Below are positions 26,121-39,439 of a stretch of 64,000 nucleotides of DNA, in pieces. The position numbers and the translations under genes are program-made. Each line of letters opens with the position of its first letter. Position 1 is the first letter of the stretch. Location of the stretch: positions 7,750,001-7,814,000 of the forward strand of contig JAWMAR010000085.1 in NCBI GenBank assembly GCA_036785375.1, read 5' to 3'. This DNA is from Leucoraja ocellata. Lineage: Eukaryota. The notes beneath the pieces were generated by a model, which did not search any database, had not been told where the DNA came from, and was given only the letters and a program-made list of their open reading frames with translations.

Positions 26121-28009
26121 ATGTTGGATCTTGAAAAAAATTGTAGTGGATTCAGCCCAGTCTAAACAGATGGTGATTGTGAAACTAAATGTTTCTATTT
26201 AAAGACCTGCTGGCTCGTTGACATCTCTTCTCTTACCCCAGTGATTGATTTTGCGTTTATAGTTGACGAATGGTATCAAGGTAAACAACCTGAGAAGCTG
26301 CATTGCTGGCATAAATTGGGTGAATTATGTGTTAGCCACAACATTGGAAACATTCCTCGTTCGTCTTCCAATGGAGCATTATACTTTCTTGACTCCACCT
26401 GAAAGAGCCAACATTTCATCTGAAAACGAATATTTCTCACGCTGCTGTACTCTGGTGTTGGGCAGAAGGATCCGTTTCCATGTTGTTTGGCTCCAAGACT
26501 CTCCCTGTCTGGTAAATGGGAAACTAATCACCTGGACTGTTTTATCCTTTAATGTGTTGTTGCTGTTGCTTTATCCTTCCAGTCAAATGGGAATAATTAC
26601 ATTATACTCTTGACGTAGCTGTAGATGATGGAACCACGCAAAGGATTCTGGTGTGATGCACAATATACATTTTCATATTTGCTCCCAAATTCATCTTTCT
26701 TTGCAGCTGGTCCAGTTGAGTTTCTAGTCATTGGTCACTCCCAAGATGCTATTGGGAGGAGAGCATAACAATGATGGTGCCACTGGATGTGAGGTAGTTT
26801 GGTTCTCTCTTGACTGGAATGGATTAGCAGTCGTACAGCACAGTTTGTCATTTATGAGCGCAGCTCTGTATGTCGTCCATGTCTTCCCGCATACAGGCAT
26901 GGACTACCTTCATCTTGCAAATTACAAGCTGAGCTGAACAGTTCCAGCATGGTAAACATCACATTGTCAGTTGGGGAATGTGCAAAGAATATAGAATGGT
27001 GGCTTGAGGAAATCATACGTGGCCTGAGATTGAGATGATATGCTCCCAACCATCACAGCTAACTACATTTGTGACAGTTAAGACAGCAATTGGAGAGCTT
27101 TTCCACTTAAATCCACTAACCATTTTGATTATGGATCCTGGTACTGCACTCAGTCAAACATTGTCAAGCACAATCAGTCTCACTGTCCCTCTGGAAGTCA
27201 GTCGTCTTTACAAAAATAATTATGATAATAAACTAAACTAGGTTGAAGGCTAAGTGTCCATGGTGAGCCCAAATGGCATATGATATTGGTCAGAAATTAT
27301 TAAACAATAGTACTGGTAGCAACTATTCCGGGAGAAGTCTGAGAGCCCAGTAATTGGGAACTAGAGTCATCAAGTCATGCAGCACAGAAACAGGCCCTTG
27401 GGCTCAACTTGTCCGTACCAACCAACATGCCTCTTCTGCACTAATCCCACCTGCCTGTGTTTGACCCATATCCTTCTAAACCGATCCTATCCATGTACAT
27501 GTCCAAATGTTTTTCATATGTTGTGATAGTACCTGCCTCGACTACCTCCTCCAGCAGCTCGTTCCACACACCTACCACCGTTTGTGTTTTTTAAAAAAAG
27601 TTGATCCTCAGGTTCCTTTTAAATCTTTCTCCCCTCTCGTTAAATCAATGATTAGTACCGATGATTAATAGCACCAGAGAGGAGGCAATGATTATACATT
27701 TTTGGGGGGCACCAGGAATGGGAATCTTGAGCAAAACAGAGCACTGGATGCATTCAGCAGGATCTGTGGAGGGAATGAATAGATGACGTTATGGGTCAGG
27801 ACCCTTTTTCACACTACTGTCATATGTGGCAGGATACATCAGCATTTGCCCTGCTTGATGAGCTCAGCTGACATGGTGTAGAGTAAATCAGATCAACTAT
27901 GCACCTGGATGTGGAGAGGATCTTTCCAGTAAAGGGAGAGTCTAGGTCCGGAAGCACAGCCTCAGAATAAAAAGACGTATCTTTAGATATTGATTTAAAA
28001 AATAGGGAG

Positions 28010-28770
28010 GTGCATTACCATCTAAATGGTGTCAAGTTGGGAAAAGGAGTACAACGGGATCTGGGGGTCCTTGTACACCAGTCTATGAAAGTAAGCATGT
28101 AGGTACAGCAGGCAGTGAAGAAAGCGAATGGCATGTTGGCCTTTATAACAAGAGGAATCGAATATAGGAGCAAAGAGGTCCTTCTGCAGTTGTACAGAGC
28201 CCTAGTGAGACCACACCTGGACTATTGTGTGCAGTTTTGGTCCCCTAATTTGAGGAAGGACATTCTTGCTATTGAGGGAGTGCAGCGTAGGTTTACAAGG
28301 TTAATTCCCGGGATGGCGGGACTGTTATATGCTGAGAGAATGGAGCAGCTGGGCTTGTACACTCAGGAGTTTAGAAGGATGAGGGGATTTCATTGAAACA
28401 TATAAGATTGTTAAGGGCTTGAACACGCTAGAGGCAGGAAACATGTTCCCGATGTTGGGGGAGTCCAGAACCAGGGGCCACAGTTTAAGAATAAGGAGTA
28501 AGCCATTTAGAACGAAGACAAGGAAACACTTTTTCTCACAGAGAGTGGTGAGTCTGTGGAATTCTCTGCCTCAGAGGGCAGTGGAGGCAGGTTCTCAGAT
28601 GCTTTCAAGAGAGAGCTAGATAGGGCTCTTAAAAATAGCGGAGTCGGGGGATATGGGGAGAAGGCAGGAACGGGGTACTGATTGGGGATGATCAGCCATG
28701 AACACATTGAATGGCAGTGCTGGCTCGAAGGGCCAAATGGCCTACTCCTGCACCTATTGTCCATTGTCTA
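28010..28770 (+). mobile_element. CR1 3' fragment
   Basis: Translates to KKANGMLAFITRGIEYRSKEVLLQLYRALVRPHLDYCVQFWSP and ends in the conserved 3' stem and tail. Confidence 0.9.
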
Positions 28771-29176
28771 TATTGGAGATAAGGAGAAATGTCTTTAGTC
28801 AAAGCATGTCACAGACAGCGGTGGAGGCTAGCATTGGGTATTTTTATATTTTAGATTGATTGATATGGTCTGGATTACTAAGGGTGTCCAAAGTTACGGA
28901 GAGAAGGCAGGAGAATGGGGTTCAGTGAGACAAAATGATTGAATGGAGGAGCAGTCTCGATGGGCTGAATGGTGTAATCCTGCTCCTATGTCTTTTAAAC
29001 TTATGAAAGATAGAAAATAGACACACAGCACTGGAGTAACTCAGAGAGTCAGGATGCATCTCTGGAGAAGACGGATAGGTGACATTTCAGTTCAGGGCCC
29101 TTCTTTAGACTAATTGCGGTGGGAGGGATTGTGGTCTCGACCCGAAACGTCACCCATCCATGCTCTCCAGAGATGC

Positions 29177-29992
29177 AGTATAATGTGGATAAATGTGAGG
29201 TTATTCATTTTGGTGGCAAAAACAGGAAAGCAGACTATTATCTAAATGGTGGTCGACTAGGAAAAGGAGTGATGCAGCGAGACCTGGGTGTCATGGTACA
29301 CCAGTCATTGAAAGTAGGCATGCAGGTGCAGCAGGCAGTGAAGAAAGCGAATGGTATGTTAGCTTTCATAGTAAAAGGATTTGAGTATAGGAGCAGGGAG
29401 GTTCTACTGCAGTTGTACAGGGTCTTGGTGAGACCACACCTGGAGTATTGCGTACAGTTTTGGTCTCCAAATCTGAGGAAGGACATTATTGCCATAGAGG
29501 GAGTGCAGAGAAGGTTCACCAGACTGATTCCTGGGATGTCAGGACTCTTGTGAAGAAAGACTGGATGGACTTGGTTTATACTCTCTAGAATTTAGGAGAT
29601 TGAGAGGGGATCTTATAGAAACTTACAAAATTCTTAAGGGGTTGGACAGGCTAGATGCAGGAAGATTGCTCCCGATGTTGGGGAAGTCCAGGACAAGGGG
29701 TCACAGCTTAAGGATAAGGGGGAAATCCTTTAAAACTGAGATGAGAAGAACTTTTTTCACACAGTGGTGAATCTCTGGAACTCTCTGCCACAGAGGGTAG
29801 TCGAGGCCAGTTCATTGGCTATATTTAAGAGGGAGTTAGATGTGGCCCTTGTGGCTAAGGGGATCAGAGGGTATGGAGAGAAGGCAGGTACGGGATACTG
29901 AATTGGATGATCAGCCATGATCATATTGAATGGCAGTGCAGGCTCGAAGGGCCGAATGGCCTACTCCTGCACCTAATTTCTATGTTTCTATG
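29177..29992 (+). mobile_element. CR1 3' fragment inserted in a Penelope-derived foldback
   Basis: Translates to QYNVDKCEVIHFGG...RPHLEYCVQFW and has a (TTTCTATG)n tail. ATGC is duplicated at both junctions. Confidence 0.9.
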
Positions 29993-30632
29993 CTGCCTGA
30001 CCCAGTAAATTACTCCAACAGTTTGTGTCTAATTTGTAGACCACTGTCTGTAGTTATTTGCGTTTCCAGATCAACTCTAATTTGATTTACTGGGATCATG
30101 GGGATCGCAGAATAATTTTCAATGGCAGCCACTGAATGGGCTCTGCTGTTCCCGAGTCTGATGGTGTGCACTTTCAAGCTTCTGAACTTTCTATCGGGTG
30201 CGAGCAGCAGAAGAAGGAGCAGGTAAGTGGAAGAATAAATCGGAAACTTACTGGCTGCTCGAGAATAAACAAAGCCTGGGCTATTTTAACACTCAGATCT
30301 ATTTAAATACCACCATCTGACTAATATACAGAAACAAAAATCAACTCTTATAATTGCAACAGACTACGGTGGTATTGAAAGGATAGAATTGTCCTACTAT
30401 GGCAAAGATATTTGTGATTAAATGGGATTGATTTAGTCAATTAAATCAATTAACCTTTATATACCCCTCTATACCTAGCTCAAACCTGGTCAATCAATTC
30501 TTGAATTTCCACGACCAGCTACTATTCAGTGGTACAGGTGCACAACCTTTTATCCGAAAGCCTTGGGACCAGACACTTTTCGTAATTCGGAATTTTTCGG
30601 CTTTCGGAATGGAAGATTTTTAGCGTAGATTT

Positions 30633-30704
30633 TAACAGCTGGCTCAGTGGTAGAGTGCTCGGCTCATATCCGCAAGGTCGTGAGTTTGCGCCTCGATCCC
30701 GGCA
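30633..30704 (+). pseudogene. tRNA-Met(CAU)-like relic inside the pogo-like element
   Basis: A-box TGGCTCAGTGG, anticodon-loop-like CTCATAT, then AGGTCGTGAGTTTGCGCCTC with a degenerate T-loop. Acceptor stem is poor. Confidence 0.45.
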
Positions 30705-31756
30705 ATTACTCGATCGCGAGTTTGAGTCTTCAATGTAGTTTTTTCTTGCAGAATAGGGAGGGTTAGGCTGGGATCATTCTCTGCGAGATTATCTTAGTGC
30801 GGGAGACAAGTGTAGGAGAGGTGTACTGACTGTGTGGGCAGAACTTTGGAAGTGATTGCCCACCATTCTCAAAAGCCGATGTGTCTCCATCCCTGAGATA
30901 GCAGGGGGCGATCAAACAGCACAATACCCCCCTCCCCCTCCAACTCCAGAGGAATCCGCTCCCTGATGGGCCGCTACGGCGACAAGTGGCAGTTCGCCCA
31001 CAGCCCAAGCTGCGCCACCCCAAGAACAAGACGTACCTTGCACACCATCAGCTTCTGCCCCTACGGGGAGTGTGTTCCTCTGGAGTTGGAGCGGGGCTGG
31101 GCTGGAGTTGCTGATCTGGGATCTCCGTGCTTGCAGTGGGCCTGGGGGTCGATGTCCCGATGAGGGGGCGCAGCTCGGGCTGTGGGCGAACTGCCACTTG
31201 TCGCCGTAGCGGCCCATCGGAGAGCGGCTTCTGGTGGTCCTGACGTCTCCGGCCACCCCCTTGTACAGGAGCTGAGACTACACTGTACCGCCCTTGCAGG
31301 TGAGCAGGAGAGTGGGGTTGTTTGCAGTTGCAGAGGGAGGGGGCAAGGGCGGTACAGTTCCCAGTCTCAGCTCCTGTACAGGGGGGTGGCTGGAGATGTC
31401 AGGACCAACAGGAACCCGCTCCCCGATGGGCCGCTACAGCGACAAGTGGCAGTTCGCCACAGCCCGAGCTGCGCCCCCTCATCCGCAACCCGGGTTCTTC
31501 TGGAGTTGGAACGGGGCTGGGCTAGTGTTGCTGCTGGCTGTGAGTCTCTGGGATCTCCGTGCTTGCAGTGGGCCTGGGGGTCGGTGTCCTGTTGGTCCTG
31601 ACGTCTCCGGTGACTGGCACTGACCTGCTGGCATCCCCAACGTGAAGACAGTGCAAAGCCCCCGCGCAATGGGTGGGGAGCTGGAGAGGGGAGGGAAGGG
31701 GTCACACACATGGCCGGGAAGCAGAGGGGTGTAGGTGGGGTGAAACTGAAGGGAGC

Positions 31757-31879
31757 GACAATCTGCTGCTGCCTGCCCGCTGAGTTAAAAAGTTCCCACG
31801 CAAGACTCACGATACTCTGTGTATCGTGAGTCTACCTTGGGAACTTTTTAACTCAGCGGGCAGGCAGCAGCAGATTGTC
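31757..31879. repeat. Long near-perfect hairpin inside the pogo-like element
   Basis: 42-bp perfect arms (31757-31798 / 31838-31879), a 4x4 internal loop, a 13-bp inner stem and a 5-nt loop. Confidence 0.9.
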
Positions 31880-33139
31880 AATTATTAACCCTCCCGCGCA
31901 ATATACCCTCACCTTCTCTTTTATGAATGGCGATTTAGTTCCCCTTTCTTCGAGGACCGACCGGAGGTTCCGCTGTCACCTCTGCGGGCCGCCCTCGGTG
32001 AACGTCTTCAAGGACCTTTCTTCAAGGACCGAAAAAATGTCCGCTATTCGGAGCTTTTCGTTATTTGGAATTTCGGATAAAAGGTTGTGCACCTGTATGC
32101 ACACCATAAGACATAAAAACAGAATGAGAACATTCTGCTCATCAAATCTGCTCTGCCATTTGATCGTGGCTGATCTATTTTTCCCTCTCAACCACATTCT
32201 CCTGCCTTCTCCCTTTTGTGGGTCCATCACTGATTTTCCAGCAACTGATGGTCCGGCATCTCATTTAATTCGGACAAAATTACGAGAGTACACTTGAAAT
32301 CCCCCCGGAAGTCCACCTACAAATGTGATGCCTAGGCCAAGTGAGGTAGGGATCACAATCCAAGTTTCTCTAACCTCTGCTTATAGCTAATATCCTCTAA
32401 TCCAGTCTTCCACGCAAGTCATGTAAAATCAATTCTAGAATCACCCAAACCCAGAGCGACATGTTAAATACTCCAGCTGCTAAAAGGGTTTTGTCTTTGA
32501 TCAGATTCATTAATTCTTCAATATTAAATATAAACTATTATCAGTTTCTTAAACACATTTATCTGAACCGTGTACAGGTTTTATATTTTACCTACTCAGT
32601 ACAGGAAAAGAACCAAGGTAATTAAGCTGTCCTTTTTAAAAAAAAACTCCAACTTTGCTTGTTTGCACAGTGTGTGATGGTTTTCATCACTGAAATTACC
32701 ACAGTGGATTTGACAGGAGTTAAAAATAACCCCTGTAATTATTGGGCATGGATGAAAACAGAGTAGCAAATTGGCGAGGGTTTGATGAAAATGTCAAAGG
32801 GAGCAGGATGAAGGGCGATCTTACTGCTGGAGTCTTTGAGAATGAGATCAGACACAAACCTCTGCCTGGGAGGTTCGGAGGGGTTGTTTTTCTAGCCACT
32901 GTCTCCTCAGAACATTGCTCTACCTTTGTATTCGAGGTAATAACAGGATAATGATCCAGGACTAAACTGCTTTTACCAAACGTAACGGTAATGTATTAAC
33001 CCTTTGGATTTCTAGCATTAAAAATAAATTCCCAATTAAAAAGTTGTTAATTCACTCCCAGTGGTTCCACGGGCAGTTTTAACAGTGCAGGAATATACTT
33101 AAAATAAACTTAATATAGAACAGAGAACAGATAATAATT

Positions 33140-34450
33140 CAGTACATTGATGACTGCATTGGTGCTGCCTCCTGCACCCATGCAGAACTCATGGACTTCA
33201 TCAACTTGACCACCAATTTTCATCCTGCACTCAAATGTACTTGGACCATCTCTGGCACCTCCCTCCCCTCCCCTTTCTCACAGTCTCCATTCACAGGAAA
33301 TAGACTATTGACTGACATCTATTACAAACCCACTGACTCCCACAACTATCTTGACTACCCTGCTTCCGCAAAGACTCTATCCCCTACTCCCAATTCCTCC
33401 GTCTAAGCCGCACCTGCGTCCAAGATGAGGTGTTCCATACCAGGACATCTGAGATGTCCTCATTCTTTAGGGAACAGGGGTTCTCCTCTTCCATCATAGA
33501 TGAGGCCTTCACTCGTGTCTCCTCGGTATCCCGCAGCTCTGCCCTTGTTCCCCCTCCCCCTAGTCGCAACAGAGAGAGTCCGCCTAGTCCTTACCTTCCA
33601 CCCCATCAGCCGTCGCATACAACACATAATCCTCCAAAATGTCCGCCACCTCAAACGGGATCCCACCACTAGCCACATTTGCCCATCTCTACCCCTTTCC
33701 GTCTTCAACAGAGCTGTTCACTCATCCCTTCCCTTCACTTCTCCCCGGGTACCTTCCCCTGCAACCGCTGAAGATGCAACGCCTGTCGCTATACCTCCTC
33801 CCTCGATTCTGTCCAGGGACCCCGACAGTCCTTTCAGGTTACGCAGAGGTTCACTTGCACCTCCTCCAACCTCATCTACTGTATCCGTTGTTCAAGATGT
33901 GGACTCTTATACATCGATGACTGGGCGATCGTTTCATGGAACATCTTCGCTCAGCTCGCATGAACCAACCTGATCTCCCGGACGCTTGCTGGACACTATA
34001 ATTCTCCTTCCCATTCCTACACAGACCTTTCTGTCCTAGGTCTCCTCCATTGTCAGAGTGAGGCTAAACACAATTTGGAGGAACAACATCTCATATTTCG
34101 CTTGGGCAGCTTACAGCCCAATGGTATGAATATTGATTTCTCTCACTTCAGGTAGCCCCAGCATTCCCTCTCCCACCCAAGTCGCACTAGTTTCTCGTTT
34201 TCACCCCACAAACAGCTAACAACGGGCTGTTTACTTTATCATTGTTACTCTTTTACATATCTTTCATTCAGTGTTCTTTATCCCTCCACATCATCATCTA
34301 TATCTCTCATTTCCCTTATCCCTAACCAGTCTGAAGAAGGGTCTCGACCCAAAATGTCACCCATTCCTTCTCTCCAGAGATGCTGCCTGGCCCGCTGAGT
34401 TACTCCAGCTTTTTGTGTCTACAGTTTAAACCAGCATCTGCAGTTTCTTC
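33140..34450 (+). mobile_element. Penelope-like element, 5'-truncated and frameshifted
   Basis: YIDDCIGAASCTHAEL (RT), DIYYKPTDSHNYL, and FTCTSSNLIYCIRCSRCGLLYI (GIY-YIG). The 3' region carries ctgaagaagggtctcgaccc. Confidence 0.85.
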
Positions 34451-35609
34451 CATCACAATACAGCACAGGAACAGGCCCTTCAGCCCACAATGTCTGAACT
34501 GAACATATCAGGTTAAACAAATCTCTTCTTCCTGCACGTGATCCATTCCCTGCATTTCCATGTGCGTATCTAAAAGCTTAAATGCCATCATTGTATCTGT
34601 CTCCACCACCGCCGCTGACAGTGCATTCCAGGCACCAACCACTCTCTTGGTAAAGAAAATTTGCCCTGCACTTCTCCTTTAAACTTTGCCCCTCTCACCT
34701 TAAAGCTATGCCCTCTAGTCTTTGACATTTCCACCTTTGGGGGGGGGGGGGGGTTGAAGGTTCTGACTGCCTACCCTACCTATGTATATACTTCTATCAG
34801 ACCTCCCCTACAATTTCAGCATTCCAGAGAAAACAATCCAAATTTGTCCCATCTACTCATGTAGCTAATGCCCATTAATCTGAGCAGCATTCCGGTAAAT
34901 CCCTTCTGTAGCCTCTCCAAAGTGTTAATAATTCTCATGCATCTTGTCAGATCTTTGATTAATTGATTTTAACGAACAGATATTTAAGGTCCAATGGAAA
35001 ATTGACATGGGAACTCATTATTCTACTGATCAGGAATCTTGTGCCTAAACGTTAGATGGCAACAGGGTCATGAGGCACATAGAACTGCAGACGCTGGAAT
35101 CTTGAGAAAAACACTTGCTTTGTCCCGTCCCACATCACTTTTCTACATTTCTCCCCCAACCATCTACTGAGGGGCAGCGCAATGGCACAATGGTAGAGTT
35201 GTTTCCTTACAGTGCCAGAGACCAGGGTTTGATCCTGACTACAGGTGCTGTCTGTACGGAGTTTATTCGTTCTCTCTGTGATCGTGTTGGTATTCTCCGG
35301 GTGCTCCGATTTACTCCCATATTCCAAAGACTTGCAGGTTTGTTGGATAATTGCCTTCAGTAAATTGTCCCTAGTGCAGAGGATAGAACTGGTGCATGGG
35401 TGATCGTTGGTTGGTTTTTGACTTGTTGGGACAAAGGACCTGTTCCCATGCCGTATCTCGAAACTAAAGTAAACTATTTCCTCTATAGATGCTGCCTGAC
35501 CCACTGGGTTCCTCCAAAACTTTGTGTTTTACTCAAGATGATCAATTATTAAGTAAAAGCAGCAAGTAACATTTTCATTGTTCTGTTGTGACGATTCAAC
35601 ACTCTTGAC

Positions 35610-36003
35610 CAAAGATCCTATAGCAAGCAAGATAGATCACTCGACGAAAAAGACGTAGTATGGTCATGGGCAGATTCATGGGTAATTTTCGGCCCCATTT
35701 CCGTAACTGGCTTCCGTCTCCGCGCCAAAGATCCCACAGTGGAGCAAAGATACTAGTGTGGAGATGGAAGCCGATTACGGAAACATCCTCGAAAAAATAA
35801 AAGTTATTTGGTAAAAATCTTCTCCTCATTTTCAGAATTATAATGTATTAACACAAACTGTTCACCAGCAACGTTGATTACACTGAGAGTCGGGTCAGGT
35901 TACTGAAATGGATGAAAAAAAGGCCCACGTTCCGCTCCGTTGCATACTACAAGTCAGCCCATTGCATTTAGCAGGAGTGTTCTATCTTGCTCTAGGATCT
36001 TTG
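35610..36003. mobile_element. MITE with 8-bp TSD and CA...TG termini (P-element-like or hAT)
   Basis: Imperfect TIRs of about 30 bp, CAAAGATCCTA(T)AG...CAAGATAGA(T/A)CACTC. TSD CTCTTGAC at 35602-35609 and 36004-36011. Confidence 0.85.
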
Positions 36004-36702
36004 CTCTTGACTCTTGAAACTGAGTTCAGGCCAACATTCAACAATATCTCCCTTTAGGCCGACCTATCCATTTCAGAATTCAATCAAGTGAATCTACTTT
36101 GATTTTAAGCTTGAATAGTATGCAGACAAATAGTGAAGTAGCAGTAACTAGCCATGGAATTAAACCAGTAAGGACTAGTGTTTTTCGGAAAAAATTGGCA
36201 ACTCCTCAAAAAGTAGACCTGGCAATATATGTTGAAAACCAAATTTAGTGCAATGGGTTCAAAGCGATTGCTCTTTGAGCCCTTCTAAGGGCATTCAATC
36301 AAGGTGGGATACTTCATCGAACAGGCTTCTGCAGACTCTAGCAACAGCCTCTAGGACCCAGGAGCAAAAATTTGTATTTCAAAGTGTAGTTGTTGCCCAA
36401 AAACAAAAGAGACGATTCCTGGCTAACGAGTTCAAGACAAAACAGAAATTATGCATAAATCATGGAGGTTGGAGGCAGAATGGGAGTGGGAGAGTCTAGG
36501 ACCAGATAGTGTAGGAAGAAACCTTAGGTGCTGGTTTATATTCCAGGTCCAGAGGGCACAACCTCAGAATAAAAGGAAGTACCTGTAGAATGAAGATAAG
36601 GAGGAATTTCTTTAGCCAGATGGTAGTTAATATGTGGAATTCTTTGCCACAGGCAGTGGTGGATGCCAAGTCATTGGGTATTGTTAAAGCGGAGATTGAT
36701 AA

Positions 36703-36796
36703 GTCGAAGAAGGGTTTCGGCTCGAAACGTCGCCTATGTTCTTCGCTCCATAGATGCTGCTGCACCCGCTGAGTTTCTCCAGCAATTTTGTGTACC
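36703..36796 (+). mobile_element. ~95-nt Penelope-derived mini-element starting at a hammerhead-like core
   Basis: Sequence gtcgaagaagggtttcggctcgaaacgtc...gtac, flanked by TSD ATTGATAA (36695-36702 / 36797-36804) inside a CR1. Confidence 0.75.
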
Positions 36797-37594
36797 ATTG
36801 ATAAATTCCTGATTGGTATGGGTGTCAAAGGTTACAGAAAGAAATAAGGAGAATAGGGTTGAGGGGTAAAAATAGATCACCAATGATCGAATGGCGGAGC
36901 AAACTTGATGGGCCTAATTTCGCTGAGAACTTCAAGATTCTTGATCACCACCCCACAATCACAGAGGGTGTGAGAACCCCACAATATTGCCTGATGGTAG
37001 CTACCCACAATAATGCCAAGCTTTTCACCCCAAAACTTTAAACTAGGGTCCCAACCCAAAAACATCAGCCATCCATGTTCTCCAGAGATGCTGCCTGACC
37101 CGTTGAGTTACTTCAGCACTTTGTGTCCTTTTTTTGTACACCAGCATTTACAGTTCCTCGTTTTAACTGGTTTTCACATTGTGCATCGCTTTAAAATTTG
37201 GGAAAGGCTGCCCTCTAATGGAGTTTTCTGCACTTCAAAGTCCTTGATAAATGTAGATTGGAACCATGCAGCCTTGCTCTCCATTTAGAGAACTTTGTGT
37301 ATCACTATAAATTTATACAGGTTTAACAATTTGGGATTGCCTTTCCTCAATGTCAATAATTATAAATTCTCCTCATGCGCATGCTTGGTATTGGTTTATT
37401 ATTGTCACATGTACTCGGGAGCAGTGAAAAGGTTTTGTTTGGGTGCTATCCAATTAAGTTGGATCATACTGCACATGAACTTGCAGCCATTATTGGTATT
37501 AGTATATTATTGTCACATGTAAAAAGATACAGTGAAAAGCTTTGTTTGCTTGCTATCTTGTCAAATTATACCATACACGAGTATGATGTATAGT

Positions 37595-38120
37595 GTAATT
37601 TGAGGAAGGACATCCTTGTGATTGAGGCAGTGCAGCGTAGGTTCACGAGATTGATCCCTGGGATGGCGGGACTGTCAAATGAGGAAAAATTGAAAAGACT
37701 AGGCTTGTATTCACTGGAGTTTAGAAGGATGAGGGGGTACATAAAAACATAAAATTATAAAAGGACTTGACAAGCTAGATGCAGGAAAAATGTTCCCAAT
37801 GTTGGGCGAGTCCAGGACCAGGGGCCACAGTCTTAGAATAAAGGGGAGACCATTTAAGACTGAGGTGAGAAAAAACGTTTTCACCCAGAGAGTTGTGAAT
37901 TTGTGGAATTCCCTGCCACAGAGGGCAGTGGAGGCCAAATCACTGGATGGATTTAAGAGAGAATTAGATAGAGCTCTAGGGGCTAATGGAATCAAGGGGT
38001 ATGGGGAGCAGGCAGGCACGGGTTATTGATTTGGGACAATCAGCCATGATCACAATGAATGGTGGTGCTGGCTCGAAGTGCCGAATGGCCTCCTCCTGCA
38101 CCAATTTTCTATGTTTCTAT
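37595..38120 (+). mobile_element. CR1 3' fragment
   Basis: Translates to TRGHSLRIKGRPFKTEVRKNVFTQRVVNLWNSLP and has a tttctatg tail. Confidence 0.9.
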
Positions 38121-38875
38121 GATCAAACCATACATGTAAAAGTACCAGTATGTGGTATTATAGCATTGTAGCATAACAGTTCCAAAGAAAATGTCTAATG
38201 CCCACAATGAGGTAGATTGGAAGATCGGGACTACACCCTAATTTATGGGAGGATCATTCAGTGGTCCGATAAGAGGGAAATTAGCTGTTTCTGTGGCTGG
38301 TGATGCATGCTTTCAATTTCAATGCCTGAGTATTTCTATTTTGAATGGAAATTTTTGTAATTCGTGTATGCCTGACATAATGAGCAAGTTATTTCTGTGT
38401 GTATTTATGCCCATTCTCTACGTAACTAATTAGAACATATTCATAGTTATAGAGCATAGAAAGAGGCCCTTCAGCCCAACTTGCCCACACCAACCTACAC
38501 TAGTCTCCCCTGCCTGCATTTGGCCCATATCCCTCCAAACCCGTCCGATCCATGTGCATGTCTAATTGTTTCTTAGATGTTGCGATAGTCCCTGCCTCAA
38601 CTACCTCCTCTGGCAGCTCATTGCATACACCCACCACCCTTTGTGTGAAAATGTTACCCCTCAGATTTATATAAAATCTTTCCCCCTTCACCTTAAACCT
38701 ATGTCCTCTGGTTCTCGATTCCCTTATCTGGGCAAGACTCTGTGCATCAGCTGATCTATTCCTCCCATGATCTTATACACCTCCCAATAGCTCAGATCCT
38801 CGAGTCCTTGAAACATCCTTGTAAATCTTCTCTGTACCCTTTCCAACTTGACTACATCTTTCCTGAAACATGAGT

Positions 38876-39230
38876 AGGAAGGAACGGCAGATGCTGGTTT
38901 AAACCGAAGATAGACACAAAAGGCTGAAGTAACTCAGCGCTGACAGGCAGCATCTCTGGAGAGAAGGAATGGGTGATGTTTCGGGTCGATACCCTTAGTC
39001 AAGGAAAAGGGAAACGAGAGATATAGACGATGATGTAGAGGTAAAGAACAATGAATGAAAGATATGCAAACAAGTAACGATGATAAAGGAAGGTCATTGT
39101 TAGCTGTTTGTTGGGTGAAAATGAGAAGCTGGTGCGACTTGGGTGGGGGAGCAATAAAGAGAGGGGGAATGCCGGGGTTACTTGAAGTTAGATAAATCTA
39201 TTCATAGAGCTGGGCTGTAAGCCGCCAAGT
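38876..39230 (-). mobile_element. Penelope-like 3' fragment
   Basis: Reverse complement of the 3' end of the 33140-34450 element. Confidence 0.75.
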
Positions 39231-39439
39231 GTCCCTAGTGTGCAATAGGATAGTGTTAGTGTATGGGGTGATCGCTGGTTGGCGCGGACTCAGTGGGCTG
39301 AAGGGCCTGTTTCCGTGCTGTATCTCTAAACTAAAATTAAACTAAACACTATCTCACCCTACATTTTTTGTTAACAAAGGTAACTTTAGTTACAGGTACA
39401 AATTGACAAGTAAAAAATGATCTCTTATTAATCAAAGGT

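Larger units (their letters stand above)
30535..32095. mobile_element. Non-autonomous pogo/Tigger-like (Tc1/mariner superfamily) element
   Basis: Perfect 25-bp TIR CAGGTGCACAACCTTTTATCCGAAA (30535-30559 / 32071-32095), TA TSD on both sides, no transposase ORF. Confidence 0.9.

Noticed and set aside
26150-27350. Hidden gene between IGSF3 and TTF2
   Set aside because: Short ORFs have no Ig-like or other motifs and no consistent splice pattern. Probably a very old repeat relic that I cannot classify.
30633-30704. Functional tRNA-Met gene
   Set aside because: Acceptor stem and T-loop are degenerate, so it is kept only as a relic. SINE heads elsewhere are likewise not tRNA genes.
30763-31810. 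Cluster of overlapping ORFs in the pogo-like element
   Set aside because: By-product of GC-rich internal repeats; no transposase or other motifs.
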